The notes: generated by a model not told the origin, from the sequence alone. A stretch of DNA of 64,000 nucleotides from Lepidodermella squamata (GCA_047495785.1 JBLDXI010000017.1:2914001-2978000), one strand, 5' to 3'; shown: positions 23,901 to 37,994, numbered from the stretch's first letter. Numbers and translations are program-made.

Positions 23901-26900
23901 TCGGCAGTGTTTTTCTTTTGCCCACATGTTGTAAAGAATGTTGGCGATGGATGATGCACGTAAACGCAATATATATGCGGTACCTACTCGAATGTGTGTA
24001 CACAAATGAAAGCAGAATCTCGCGTTTATAGGCCGGTAATGTCTATAATACGACTGCAGCGTGCTTATTCGGTACACCTGGCGAATGACGAGCGGCAGTC
24101 GGTAAAGGTAGATACTGAAAAGACTCAGCGCCGAATTATTGTAGAAACAACAACCCTAGCGCGCAAATACATTACTATTATTGAGCCCAGAGCTATGCTG
24201 CTGCCGCTCCTCGCCTGCTCAGTTGATTCCAGCAACTTATATCGGTGAGCGAGCGCGCTGGGGTGTAAGTGGGTAAGTATTTCGCATTGTAGCATTGCAA
24301 CGTATGGCGTCTATTGAATACGTGAGATAAGCACAAGAGCGCTTGAGAAGAAACCAGCACGCCGCCCTAAGCTCAGGAGCCAGTTTCAGTCTTCCGTAAA
24401 TATTATAGTAGGGCCACGTCACAAACAACGTTAGCTGATATGCCGTTGAGTATTTGGCCTATTACAACGCCAAAAAGGTATGCGCGAGGTCTTGAGCCCG
24501 AGTTAAGAGATCACACGCCACGTCACAGAGCTGGTGCACACATACAATAAAGATATACCTACGTTGGCCGGAAAGGCATGCGTGGTCAGAAAATGCGTGG
24601 CCAACACCAGCAACGACGACGACGACAAATCGGTCAGTGTATTAGTATTATGATAATAAATAGACGGCGTACACAAAGCATGTCAGCTGCTGCCGGTCGA
24701 CGACATTGGGTAATTGTACAAACCAGCGACTTAACAACGCGCGATACCAAACAAACAAACAAGCAAACAACAACCTTGCAGCAGCCAAGTCGCGGATAAA
24801 GGCCTCATAAGAAAACAACAAAGGCCAAGCACAAGCCATTATCTCACATTAATTCATTTCTTTCTTTCTCTGCGCTGCGAAAAGGGCAGCTCGGGCAGCG
24901 AGAAAGGAAATCATCAACAGCTGCAGGTGACGATGACACTGTTAAATAACCGCGTAATGAAGCCAGCGTCAATGATCATATCGCGGTCAGCATATACCAA
25001 GCTTCTGACCGTAAACAAAACCGAGAGGACGCGAAAGTACCGAATGAGAATAGTGGGTGGCAAGTACACCGCCACCGGGGCGTACATATGAGGAAAAACC
25101 CGTATTTTTTGTTGTTATTATTCCTGATTTTTTGTCACAGAGACTCCATCAATCATTATCGTCAACATCATTAGTTTATAATATGAGTTTAGCGCCACGT
25201 CCGCTGTTCAAAAATCATCGTCGCCGGCTCTAATAAAGCAAGCGCTGCGATGTATAGCGATAATAATGGAAAACCAATAAGACGACGACGGGATCGCGCA
25301 CAACAGAAAAAAGGAGGGTTCCGCTCTTTTCTTATTCTGAAGGGGCCTGCCTAAAGAAGACCTGCGCATACATCGGCCATTTTGCTCAATCGTAAAGACT
25401 GCGCTTAGTCGACTATTTATGTTTGTGTATGTACTGTGAGTATCCCTCGAGAAACGAGCGCGCGACACAGAAACGGCATGGCAAATCTCGCCGCTGCTGC
25501 TGCTGCCAGCAACAATAATACGGCGGAAAATGGGCGGATGTTCACCGCTACTCTAGCCGAAAAATACATCATAGCTACTACAGTGGCTCTAATACTGGCC
25601 ACTGCTAGCCGATCGCAAAATCGACCGCGCTATTGCACCGAATATGAAGGCGATGCTGTATCGCTTATGCTTGCTATATTCATTTGTACTTTGTGCCATC
25701 GGCATAAGACGGCGACAACGATGGCGATCGATCGATTCAAGTATTGACCATAGCCGAATACTTATGACTAAAACCGCCTGCTTCTTGCATTCGTAAGAGC
25801 GCGCGCATCGTCATCATCACATATGCATATGTGTATATATAGCTCCTGGCCGGTTTAACATAGCATACGAGAATGCAGCAGAAAAAGCATTCTTTTTAAT
25901 GCGCCTGCTGCTACTACAAAAGATACGAGGTTTGCTTGCTCGTTGGCGCGTCGGGGTCTGGGTCATCTTCGATCTATAAAGCATCGCCAAATATAAAGCG
26001 ACGGCGTAAAGACACTCGGTCTAAAACAATACTCTTGCATTGTTGCATAGTCAGTCATGTACCCCCACTTACGCCGTGTTCTTTCCACTACTAGCGCTGT
26101 TTTATGCACATGGCGTCTTGAACTAAGCAGTAGCGATATGCAGTAGGGTGGCAGACAAGTAGGGCGTATGACGAACCCGAGCTGCACATGCCGAGCGACG
26201 GATGACAGACGGTAGCCAAGGACAACAACACAACAACAACAACAGAAGTTGAGGCAGAATCGCCAAGAGCCAAATTTATAATAGGGCGACCAAGTCTCGC
26301 CGGCGCTACCAATAAAGCCATGCGAATACGCATATTCCACCATAATAACGTATTCCACATTGACAAATCAAATAATTTATAAATGCGGCGTGTGATCAAT
26401 GAGCAGAGCGAGAGAGATTCGCAGCCAACACAATAACCGACAACCGATACACGAGTGCAGGGCGGCAATCTTATTATCATCATTATAGTTATTATCAATA
26501 TCACAATTCAGAAACAATGCATATATTGATGTCAGGCCGCGAGTAGATTCTCGCAGCAAATTACTGACCAAACACGTCACCACAAATGCCCGAATTATTT
26601 CGCCACCCTTTATTAAAGAAATCCCGCATGACCGCTGTGTCAATTACAAGCAGCAGTTGGAAAAAAACAAAGGAAATATTTTCGCGACCAGATAATTAAA
26701 CACGCATATGGGCAAATTAATCGTTTTCCTGGTAAAATGAGCCATCAAAAACGACCATGCAATACAAATTGAGTCATGTTGTTATCTCAAAGTGGCACTA
26801 TCGAAAAATCGATTAATTTGTGCATTCCAACACCTGTGAATGCACTACAACCCTACATGCTAAATGCTAATCAACAGCATACTTAGAAAAAGGTGACTAA

Positions 26901-27442
26901 ACACGCGCACCTGCGTCAACTCCTATTAATATCAGACTGATTTCCTTGTGATAAAAATGCAATGCGTCACTGAGTGCGCAAATCAAGAGAAACGCGAGCA
27001 TATGACCTAGGCGCAAATCGGTATCAATATTCGGATACTATGTCTATGTGTTCACGTCTTTCTACACATCACAGTCATTGACCTGACAGAAGTACCAGAC
27101 AAGATCCGTCGATATTAATTAAATTCATCTAAAGTGAATGAACAATATCAATGAAGCAGAACAAAATACCTTTTTGCAGTAGTCAAGGATATCCTTCGGT
27201 TGATTAAGACAACCGGTGTTGGCATCGCCTTCCCAGGTGCCTGCAGGAGTCATGTGCTGGGCCGGCTTGTTGCAAATAAACGCAACTTGAGGGACGTATC
27301 CCAGCTTTGTAGTAGCATCGCCGCAAAGGACAGCAGCGAGATGAAGCTACATGAAATTTGAATCATGAAAACAGCATTGAACTCATTTGAAATCACGGCT
27401 TACCGCCAAGACGCTTAACACAACCAATAAATTCATTGTCAT
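20993..27442 (-). CDS. APP: Amyloid precursor protein family member (APP/APPL/APL-1-like), 5 coding exons
   Basis: Signal-peptide exon 27442-27404. E1 domain (PQVAFIC..WEGD..GC..ILDYCKK / LYPGLEITNVMES..IGNWC..YRCV / ESEPLLVPEHCSF..PCG..FSGVEFVCCP). Acidic region, E2 helical domain, TM, and cytoplasmic PEERH..MQSNGYENPTYKYF. No KPI domain. One intron of about 3.7 kb. Confidence 0.95.
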
Positions 27443-28539
27443 AAGTGTGCCTCCAATCAGTTAGGGCTTCAGGTCATAATATAAAATCTAAAAGAACAAT
27501 ACAACGTCAGAAAATATGTAACTGAGAAATTGATAAAACTAAGTGCATTAGCACAAACAACAAATAAACCACCATTCGACTCCAGGCAAATGAATATGCC
27601 AAGGAGATCCTATCCACTGCATTGCGATATAAAACTTGAGAAACAGGGTCATGGCATCGCGATCGTGGTCATGGCAGATATATTTATTTTTTCGAGCTAA
27701 GATTAAATCCTGCGATGCAGCTCAGGGACGCTTTCTAGCTATCAATTGAATACAAGCTACTTCTGGAGCCCAAACGGCAGCAGGAAGTTACGGGTTAAGT
27801 GTACAATATGGAGAGCGAGTAGGTAGCAGTGACAGTATCCATAATAAAACAGTACACTTGGTAAGAAGTGAGAGTTAGCCTGGCATCAATGGAGCCCTAT
27901 ACCCAAAAACTAGACAATATTGTTATCAGGTATCAACTATCAATCAACTTAAGAGAACAAATAATTTCTACGATTGCTTTGTAAGCTGCCAAAGCCTAAA
28001 TCCCGATGGAAAGGCTCAGAGAGGTCCAAATGTGAATACGGATAATCAAAACGCGAGAACACGAAGGCGATGTTAGCTTGAAGCTAGGAGCCGATGATTC
28101 GAAGAGCAAATAGTTCCGGGTTGATAGTCAAAAAGTAACACATAACATATACATTAGACTCGCGCATCCGTACCTCGCACCTGTAAGCAAGGATGAGAGG
28201 TGAGACCGACTGTACTTTAAAAGCCCAAGTAAGAGCATTTAATGGAGCAAGAATTATGATTAAAGCCTTCAGCTGAAAGTCTTCAGCGTCTTGTTTCGGA
28301 CGAAGTCATCAAAAGTGCCGCCAGCCGTAACAACATCCATCACGAAAGCTCAAAGCGAGTTAGTTGCCTTCGCGTCTTCGAAATACAAGCAAAAACCTTT
28401 TTAATGTAAAAAATCACGTCAAGGTTACACATAAATTAAAACTTCAAATTGACAATTAAATAATAAATTTAAAGCAAATTATTATAACAAGAATCGGATA
28501 ATGATAATATTTTAGCCGTGGTTTAATCGCTTCTGGCTC

Positions 28540-28610
28540 AATCAGTGATCAGTGATCAGATCAGTGATGACCAGGATCAGCGATCAATCAGAGTTCAGTC
28601 AAGTTCAGTA
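28540..28610. repeat. Degenerate short tandem array (TCAGTGA/GATCAG units) upstream of the APP gene
   Basis: atcagtgatcagtgatcagatcagtgatgaccaggatcagcgatcaatcagagttcagtcaagttcagt. Confidence 0.55.
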
Positions 28611-29644
28611 GGATTGACGCTCGCCGCCAACAATACGGTCTACCTTTGAGATTCTTTCTGCCTTATAAAGTCAACGATATATGCGAGAGACAAAAGTTTT
28701 TACCGTGCGAGGCTTGCAGTTTGCGCTGCTTGCTGCTTTCTGCCAATTCTAGTCTCCCGTCCTTGTTGCCTGAACTGAAGTGATGTAGCGGTACTCCGCA
28801 CGACTCAATTCAGTGACTTCGTATGATTCAGAATGCTTGGTTTTCAATTAGCTCAGCCATCGCTAGTTAGGATATGACATTGACACTTGACACCAAAACC
28901 CATTTTGATGCAATGGGCAGTTGGCAGTCAGAGAAACATTTAGCTGAAGTAAGTTATGAGAATATGCACGGTAAACAACCCCGTCCCTTCTGTAAATGAA
29001 TCATTTTTCATTTTCATCATATTTATTCATATAGGTAAACGTAGTGGAGTTATCCTCTACACTTCGAGTGAGGAAAGAAAAAACAACATGATTCATCTTT
29101 TATCAAAGTGTATAACCATCGAAGTGTAATAAACCTGTAGAACGAGGCGTTGATAGAGGCCGCACAGCGGCACCATCTCGCAGACACGAACGAACGAGCT
29201 TACGAGTGACTCATTTTTGGTGCCGCTGTGCGACCTCTACATATAAATGCCGAGTTCTGTATTTTGTATTTTGTATTTTGTATTCTGTATTGTCCACTCC
29301 ACTGCCACTCCACTGCAAAATTGTCTGAATTTAGTTTTTGACAGGTGATTTTTACCAGCGCTCAGGAAAAAATAAAGCAAAAAATAGCCGACGGATGAGA
29401 CGAACCACTGAATTTCGCTGTTTGTGCACCGTGCTAAGCAAGTTAGCAACTGTGCGGACACAATTTATTCAATTTATTGTGATAGTATATACTATTCTAG
29501 GTCAGGCGGTTCCACGGACAGCCAACACTCCAATCTCAGCTCCTTTTTCTACAAGACCTCGCTACGCAACGATGACGATCGCCTTGGAGCGCCAATCTCA
29601 ATATCAGTTGAAAATGAGCTTAGCAAAACTATAATGTCACAGAT

Positions 29645-30602
29645 CTATTGCTTATCATGTTTAACAGCTTTAGCCACTTCTTTGGCGCTTCTATTGGCAG
29701 CGTCGCATTCCATCACTGGACTGCTAGCATCGGCCATTTCTGGAGGCATTGAGTTTTGTCGCCATTTCATTCGCCTGTTTTGAAACCAAATTTTGACCTG
29801 AAGAGACAAATCAAGCTTCACATTCGAAATACTTTAAAAATGAGTGTCTGTACCTGAACATCTGTCAAGCCAAGTGTAGCCGAAATACGCCGACGCTCAG
29901 TTCTGCTGATGTACTTGTGCTGCTGGAAATATCGCTCCAATCCACGCCGCTGTAGCATGGAAAAAACAGCTCGCGGCGCTGCTTTGCGAGGTCTCAGGGG
30001 AGGTGTGTCGACACTGAGAAGTGTGGCGGGATGAAAACTGGACATAGTCACAGGTGACGGCCATAAACTTGAACCGAGCGCATTGATCAACGGCGTAGAT
30101 TGCGCTGCCGACGCAGATACGCCTGGGCAGGAATCAGCAACCGCTAAAAGCAGGCGATCGCGCGAATTTCCTAATTATCATTCAAAAATTAATTGACCAT
30201 GATATTACCTTACTTACCTTTGCCCGACCCAGAATGGTTTGACTGAGATGGTTGATAGAACTCCACAAAGCTTCGTCGATTTGACGTAATCGATGGGCTA
30301 TTGGCAGCTTCGAGAATGTGCCCAGCAAAATTAGCCGATGTCCCAGTCATGGCTTGTTGCGCTTGCCGCTGATTATTGTCTAGCTGTAACAGCAATGCGT
30401 TCAGCATCATTGAGTCGTAAAGAACCTGTGAAAGATTCGGATGGTGCTGTTGCCCTTCAACAGCATTCGCTGCTGCTTGGACGAGTAAATTGCTCGACTC
30501 GGCACCATTCATAGGCCGGGAGGTGGTGGCATCGTCAGTAGCACTTGGCGCGGCTGAAGAATTAAGCAACCGCGCTACGCTAAATTTAAGAATTTGGTCC
30601 AT
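29645..30602 (-). CDS. NKL-class homeobox gene, Hlx/Dbx type (closer to Hlx/H2.0), 3 exons
   Basis: N-terminal eh1 motif FSVARLL. Homeodomain RAVFSMLQRRGLERYFQQHKYISRTERRRISATLGLTDVQ|VKIWFQNRRMKWRQ, with a phase-0 intron before VKIWF. Stop at 29645-29647. Confidence 0.9.
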
Positions 30603-31451
30603 TTAAGAGAAGGATTATAGGTATCTCTGCAAAATGGGGTTAAATCCCATTACTTAATATTTTCTGTTTTTGTGTGCATGGAGGGAGATGGGCTATCAGG
30701 ATTAATGAGGCGATCAATTGGCATTGGCGCCCGCGTGCGCATCCCATTTCCCACTCGTTGTCGTACCGGCGAGGTTGTTTATAGAGAGCCGTTTTGTTGC
30801 ATATTGCTGTAATGATGATGTGATGACCTTATCACGCGCAAAATTATCTATGCAATACAATATTGTTACAATTTATTGCATAGCTGCAATGTCATTATCC
30901 AAATTACAACGCCGAAATACCTCCAATAGGTGTACATGAAGGGTGATATGATTAGAGCTAACTGCACGGAAGCGATTGGCTTGAGGCGGGCTTCTTAAGC
31001 TGCATTCAGCATTTCAGCAAGGTAATTTCGAACATATAACTAAATTTATTTGATGACCATCTAATAGCCCGTTTCTATCCTTAGTTTATGCTTTACCAGC
31101 GCGTTCGATTGATAATTTAACGATAATTCCATTCCAGCCATAAGCATAGGCAATTTTCGATAAATCTTTGTAATGATTATTGCAAAATTATAATAACCGT
31201 ATTGAATCATGAACGTGTTTATATGATGGTATAATTCATTGATTTTTGATTACCGCTGACGATTGAAACATTTCTGATTTCTGACTTCAAACAGAATTTT
31301 TATTTATCTCTTTGAACCAAAAAATAATAAGTAATTTGTTGGACGACCGCACAATTGAAAAAAGGTAAGAGAATATTAGTGATAATAATACAGCAGTATT
31401 TCGGCCACAAAGGTTCACGATGAACATAAAAAAAATAGATTGTCTAACTTC

Positions 31452-32282
31452 CTAGCTTTGACCCTCGAAAGGATTTAGCACAACTTTGTTGAATGACCTG
31501 AAGGAGTTGTCATCTTGAAGCGACCATAAAACTGCTCCGTTCGTCGGGTCATCGTTGCCCGACTGTGTTTGAGTTTCTTGGTTGCGCCGATTGAAGCAAG
31601 AAACTTCGACGTGGTAACGGAAGACGAATAAAAAGTAGGCAAATGCAATCGATAGCAGTAGAAGACCAGTGACAGCCCCAAAGTAAGGGTCGATTGTTTG
31701 CATGAAAACAGGGATGGCAGCGATGCAATAAACTAAGGCGCGCTTCCAGGAATCGAGCCAATTCACAAACATTATCGTCCATTTTATAATTTTGGGCAAC
31801 CTGAAAGCGTCAAAAATAGCCGATGAATAGTCAGTAAATAAGTTCAAGCAAACGAACTTCTCGCTGTCAGGATTGATCAAGTTGCACAAAAGAAGGCAAT
31901 TGAAAACTTCGAGTAAAGCGAAGGGTAAGGAAATCAATCTAAAATGATTTAGAAAAATAAGCATAAACTCATCTCTCTTTTGAGTCCAACTTACAGACAA
32001 TACCAGCCGGGAAGAAATGATTTAACCGATACGACTACAGCTGAGATTCCGGTGAATAACAAAACTGCAAATAAAATATTCCAGAAAATTATTATTGATG
32101 ATGAATGGTTCATTGAATTGATTACAGAAAAATGTCAAAAATGCGACGAATGGAATGAAGATTTCTATCACGGTAAGCCAGACTGGCATAGGATGGTCCA
32201 TCGGGAGGTCGCCATCTATCAGCTGACTTTCTTCGCTCGGCTCCGTAGGCATGTCGACATGTTTTTCTTTCAATTTCGTCAT
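31452..32282 (-). CDS. Small multi-pass membrane protein, Flower (CACFD1)/TMEM72-like, about 4 exons
   Basis: Several hydrophobic segments. PFALLEVFNCLLLC and WLDSWKRALVYCIAAIPVF resemble the Flower family EAP.CC and W.KA.FYC motifs. Confidence 0.5.
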
Positions 32283-33111
32283 GAACTACATGAAACGCTC
32301 TAATCATATATAAAAACAGCAAACAAAATTAGTGGAAGCGAAAAATACCTTCGCATTATATACTATTACGGGCAATATCTACTACTCCGTTAATAATCCT
32401 AATACTATGAGATCGGACAACCTGCGAGTTGGCGTAGGAATATTTTTCGTGATAAATAAAAAGTCAGCATTATGCACCGATGATAACTATATGAAAGGCT
32501 TTTGCATGAGAAATTATTTCTGCGTCGCTAAATGCGTGAACAGCTGCTATTTGTATTTGACTTCATCTCCCGGCTGCGCATCTTCATTTTATTTCAATTT
32601 TTTACACAGAACGGGCTTCTGCGTATAAGGCGTTTTCGTTTACCTAGTCGACCCTTGGCCGCGGATACGCTGTCCATCTGGAGCCATATTATGAAAAAAC
32701 ACGCGCTGTCTTATCTTCAGTTTTATTCTTTTTTTCATCATCACAATTTGTGCGCAATGACAGCAGGGAAAAGTATCATAGGATCACGCAGATGATACCT
32801 AAATTTTTTCGTCGGATGAACGAAGCGTTGTCATCCTAGATTTCATTTATTTTCACAATACACATTGAACATAACTTGTGCTGATTTGATCGAAGATCGA
32901 AGATCAACCACAACAATACATGAAGAATCTCGGCTATTATATATTAAAAAAATAGGACCGATAAAAATGAGTAACACCAGCATTACAAAAAATGACACGA
33001 TTGCTGGCTGTTTATAAAATAATAATATCGTTTAAAACATAAAAATTCAACGACAAAGTGACAAGATGAAACGAATACGGTGTGTGAGATGAAACCATGC
33101 GACGAATTTCC

Positions 33112-36100
33112 TCAAGCAAACTCGTCGCCTGTTTCATCGTCGGAATCTTCCTCTTCCTGGGAATCTTCTTCGTACTCGTCAGTTTGCTCGGAAGTTTCGC
33201 CGGCGCTTGCACCAGACGGCATGCTGTAATTCACCAAAAATTAGTAACTATTCAAACTTAATAAGATTAATACTAACGCATTGGTTGAGTTAGGCGTGGT
33301 TGTAGTGGAGACGTTAGTTATAGTTTCCTCTTCTACCTTCGAGTTGACAACATTTTGCTTGATATGAACTTGTAGCCTGGTCAACTGCTCGGTGACACCA
33401 GCAATGTCGCCCAATTTCAGCGCCCCCTTCGCATAAGTCGCATACTCGTCGCTAGTCATCACAGCCTGTTTGTAGGCCCTTTCAGCCGCTGTGAAGTAGT
33501 CGTCATTCAAATAGAAAACATGCGCCGGAATGAGGCCATTTATCACAGCGCCATTGATGAATTTAACCGTCAAATGGCACTGCTTCTCATCGGGCGACGT
33601 CGTCGGTGTTGTAGGCGACATAACGAGAACTGGCGAGCTTCCGCTCTGACTACTGTTGCGGCAACTCATCGCCGACTGCTTGGCCGGGTCGGTTATCGAT
33701 CGCACTGTCCCGGGTAGGTATTGCGCTCTAACTGGGTCAAGCAGGGCCAAAACTCGATCGCCAACTTGCAATTTCCTCGCCTTTGTATACCGGCCGAACA
33801 TGTGCATGCTCGACTGGATGATGACCTGGTTGCCGTCGCGAAGCTTCCGATATAGTTCTATTGCGTAATTTCGCCCATCACCCAGCCGCTCGCGGACCAC
33901 GCCAACTTCGTAAGTTCCATCGGGAATTTTCGCCACGACGTGCTCGCCAACCCACCGCCGTTCGCAGTGAACGATATACAGCACATCTTCGTCGAATTTC
34001 GAATTTGTTATGATGAAGCAACCGCGTCTGTCTACTTTTGCTTCTTGCCCGTCGTAAAATCGCACGTGAATTCGATTGGGCTCCATTGACCGTCCAACCC
34101 GGCTTTCGTCCTCATCGGCAATCACAACTCCGGGGCAGAAACTACGAGGGAATTCCGGGTGTTCGGCTACGACGAGTTCACCGACTCGAAACGGCAGTTG
34201 ACGCTCATCTGACGCGTCGATTATGTCCTCCTTCCAAACCAACTCGTTATCGTCGGTCCTATCTCGGACCACGTAAGAACCATCGCCCATGTCCTGTTCG
34301 ATGGAGCAGACGTAGTACCAGCCGTCGTCGGCAAAACGAGCCAGTACGTTTTGTCCAATTTTAAACGTGCCATCTCGCGCGATTTGACCGTCATTCGCCG
34401 AGTTTCCGTAATTATTGTAAGGAATCGTTACCACAGAGGATTTAAAGCGACGCGCTCGGTTTTCCTCCTCTTCGTCCACTGATGGAGTGTTCGGCGATGT
34501 GACAATACGACTTTTATTCCGAGGCGTCAAATCATCGTCGTATTTTGGGTCGATGAATGCGATTGGCGAGACAGCTCGGTCTTTTAACCGATGTTCGCCG
34601 TTTTGTTGCGAGTGAGATGCCTTTTCGGCCATTTGATTGCTCTGATTGGACGAGCTCGAGGGTGGCGCTGGGGCGGCAGGGCGAGGGGGTAAAGACGAAG
34701 ATTGCGAACCTCTCGACGCCACAGCATCGCTGTCATTTTCACGAATTTGGCTGTCATTTGAGTTTGAATCGCTGGGCCGACGATCCCTTGAAAAACGAAA
34801 AAATGGACTTATTGGCTGTTACAATAAAAGTTTATTGGAGCCGATTTTTTGAGCTTAGCATTTCTCATTTTCAAATTTAAATATGATAAAAACGGATTTT
34901 TTCAATAATTTTTCAACGTGTCTTACCGATGATGGTGGTGATGTCTGTGATGATGCTTGTGATGGCTCTCGTATTGCTGTTCGTAAACACCGTCTACGGA
35001 TCCATTAGCAGATCGAATTCGATGTTTACGAGAATCGCCATTCGCCGTGTAGATGACATCGTCAGAACCGGCTACTGACTGATTGGCACCTGCTCGCCGG
35101 CCGTTGCCGACTACGGGCGGGGCAACTGACGGCAAACCTAATTGTTTAGCTCTCTCGCTGATGTATTCTACAGCGGCTCGAAATTTCGGCGGGCTAATTT
35201 TGACGATTTGATAACGCATAGCTGAAACGTAGCGCCGATTGTAGGCGAGAACGCGGTAAAATTTAGCCTGGCTGTTATCAGCCCTCGGCGCCATCACCAC
35301 AAGACCGGGTACGTGACAATGGAGGCCGGTTAAGGCGTTTTTGACGAGAACTAAAACAGCATCGCCCTCCTTAATAAAGGGTCGAGCTATTGAGCCAGAA
35401 ATAGGTATGACATGTTTCGAGTGAACGACACTTCGATCAAGCTCGTCGAAGTCTACGACGGCCTTATCTGGACTTGAGCATGACAGAATGTGACCTAGAA
35501 TACAAGACAGATGTAGCGAGTTTGTAAAATCTATTGTTAAGAAATTTACCGGCGTAGAAGTAGCCGTCAAGATTGCACCTGGCAATCACACGTTGGCCCT
35601 TGAGACGGGATAAAGCTTTCTTCTTAGCTTCATCTGTAGGAGCGGCTGGTTTCTTCTTCTTAGCTTTCTGCGACTTTTGAGGTTCGACCGCGACCGATCG
35701 GTGTTGCTCATGAGATTCGTCTTCCTCGCGAATCGTGGCAGAAGATTCCGAGCTCGACCCGCTATCGTCCTCGTCGTCGTCATCCTTGGATAATGCAATC
35801 AAGGCGTTACAAATTGTTCTAAGGCTAGGCATCCCACACCACTGCCGTTTTTCACCTAACCCGTTTTCCCGGTAACCCCCAGATAGCCCCAAAGCAGCAT
35901 GCCGAAAAATGCTGTTGGATCCGTCGATAAACGGATGGTAACAACACAATGGCATCATTTGCTGTGCGACATAAACAGGGTTGTTAGCGGGTGAAATTCG
36001 ATTTGCTTGGCTGAACGAATATGGCTCGCACAGGCCATCGGCGGATCCTGTAAGCCATGAAAATCTATAGAGGCTATCCGCATCCATGGGCAGGTGAGAA

Positions 36101-36338
36101 CGCCGCATTTTTTTAGGGCTCCAGCCCGAAATAGGGACGACTTGGGTTTCCTCGAAAGATTTCCACGCGGACACCGGTAACATTCAACGGAATGATATTT
36201 TATAAATAAATATTGCTTCCATTTGCAATTAAGGTGGAACAAAAATGGATTTTGCACCCACGCCATGGGATAGGCCAATTACCAAATTGAGCGTATCAAA
36301 AATGCTGATATACTTACCCGTTCGTAGTCGTTCTTCAT
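33112..36338 (-). CDS. Protein with multiple Tudor-like DUF4537 (C11orf16/VWA3B-type) modules; 5' exon structure uncertain
   Basis: Repeated LKGQRVIARCNLDGYFYAG, FKIGQNVLARFADDGWYY, FRVGELVVAEHP..FCPGVV, LQVGDRVLAL..YLPGTV. The ORFs are joined by GT-AG introns. Start is either ATG 36338 (micro-exon MKNDYER) or ATG 36183. Confidence 0.7.
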
Positions 36339-37228
36339 AGCCGACGTGTTTTCTCAGCTAGTTTTTGCGTCTAAATAGTACGTGCTAAATTGCGCTCATA
36401 ACAAGGCCCTAAAAGTCAAAAGGAGGTTTTTACTTATGACGTTCTGAGCTGTTATATGACGGCGAGCCGTCATCATCAGACTAAAAGCGAATAAATAAAA
36501 ACAGTGCGACTGGCTCGAATAGAACAATCTCGGCGATTTTGCTGGCCAACTCATATTCGGGAGTGGGTGGCTATATTCTTGTATTAATGCTCATGAACGC
36601 TGTTCGCCGTCGTTTCGATGAAAGCGCGATCGAACGTAGTAGTGTTTCTGCATGCGACATTAGCATCGCCACCTATACACAGTTAATAATACTGGCTAGC
36701 CGTTTGCCACAGCACAGTATTGGGAAGCTACGCGTGCGGCGCAGCCAATCATCACCTAGCAACCGCTGAGGCGTGTGCAGCTTCTGCGCAGCAAATATAC
36801 AAACTTCTACAGTCAGTAATAATAACTACGTCAGCTTCGGCGTTATATTTCAGGAGTCGTCACGTTTGATACTAGGAATGAAACAAATGATTGAATATGT
36901 GCTGTTGTTATTTCCCCTCCGTCGAATGATTAGGCGTATGAGGAGTAGGACGTTGACCACAACACAGAATACAATAACAACTCCAAAAATGTGAGCTCTG
37001 AGCTGCGTATAACAATAATATAAGCCTTATGTGGCCTTACTTCATGCCCTCTCGGGGCTATTAATAATAAAACAGCGTTTCTGAAAGCACAAAAATGAGC
37101 AATAGGTATCAGACTGCTATAAGACGCATGCTTTGTTCGTTTATTTGCGAGCTGTCATAACAAGTTATCAAAAAAATTCGATTTCACTGAAATGAAAGAG
37201 CCAAGTGTAATAAATCAGTCAACCGCAT

Positions 37229-37994
37229 TCACATTGCCTCGACAATGGCCTCTTGTTGTTCAGAGCAGTCATTAGCTTCCGCAAGGGCGGCATTAGCCGT
37301 CTTTGATTTTTGCCTCGGCTGCTTTGTTGACTCGCCCAAGCTGATACCTGCGAGAATATGGCTAATGGAGTCAAATGAATAGCTCGCTAAAATTTACCAT
37401 CCAAAAACGCGTACTCATCGCACATAGATGTTACGGCGCCTAAAATCGTCGATTAAGATTTTTCGGGTATTTTTGATCAATAGTTAACCGATATCATCAA
37501 GCTGAATTGTCTTTCGTTTACTTCCCGAAATGTGGCGAGCAGCGTCAGATGCCAGCTGAGAAATAAACATTTCCTGTGATACATATCATAAAAATATTAG
37601 TTGCTGTTCCTAAAACTAAAGGTCATACCGTAGCACGCGTTATAAGGATTACCGCAGCTTTGCTCAAGATACCGACTTCCTCATCCAAGTTAATGATTGA
37701 TCGAATTCTGGCGACAGGTAACCCTTTCTCTTTCCTAAAAGTTAGAATATTGCTAATGCGCAAATGTAAGATAAAATAACGGAACTCGGAGGTTTCAGCA
37801 GCAATGTTCTCGTCCCCATCATCGATGACGACGGCATGAACGTCGCTGTTACCATCATTTTGTGCATCTGTATCAGCTTCTACTTCGGCGTCTAAATTTT
37901 CTGGATTCACTTCAAGAATTGATTGAGGACTATCAGGTTGTGGGGTTTGCGTCTCTTCGACAACGTTTTGAGAGTTCTCAGGTTCGCAATCCAT
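37229..37994 (-). CDS. POLE4: Histone-fold protein, DNA polymerase epsilon subunit 4-like, 5 exons
   Basis: LPVARIRSIINLDEEVGILSKAAVILITRATEMFISQLASDA..SKRKTIQLDDIG..DEYAFLDG. The KRKT.Q..D and DE.AFL.G motifs favour POLE4 over CHRAC1. Confidence 0.8.

Noticed and set aside
23500-27100. Numerous 60-137 aa ORFs in the large APP intron
   Set aside because: No motifs, no coding-like composition and no coherent splice pattern.
29258-29292. (TTTTGTA)n short tandem repeat
   Set aside because: An ordinary low-complexity repeat downstream of the homeobox gene.
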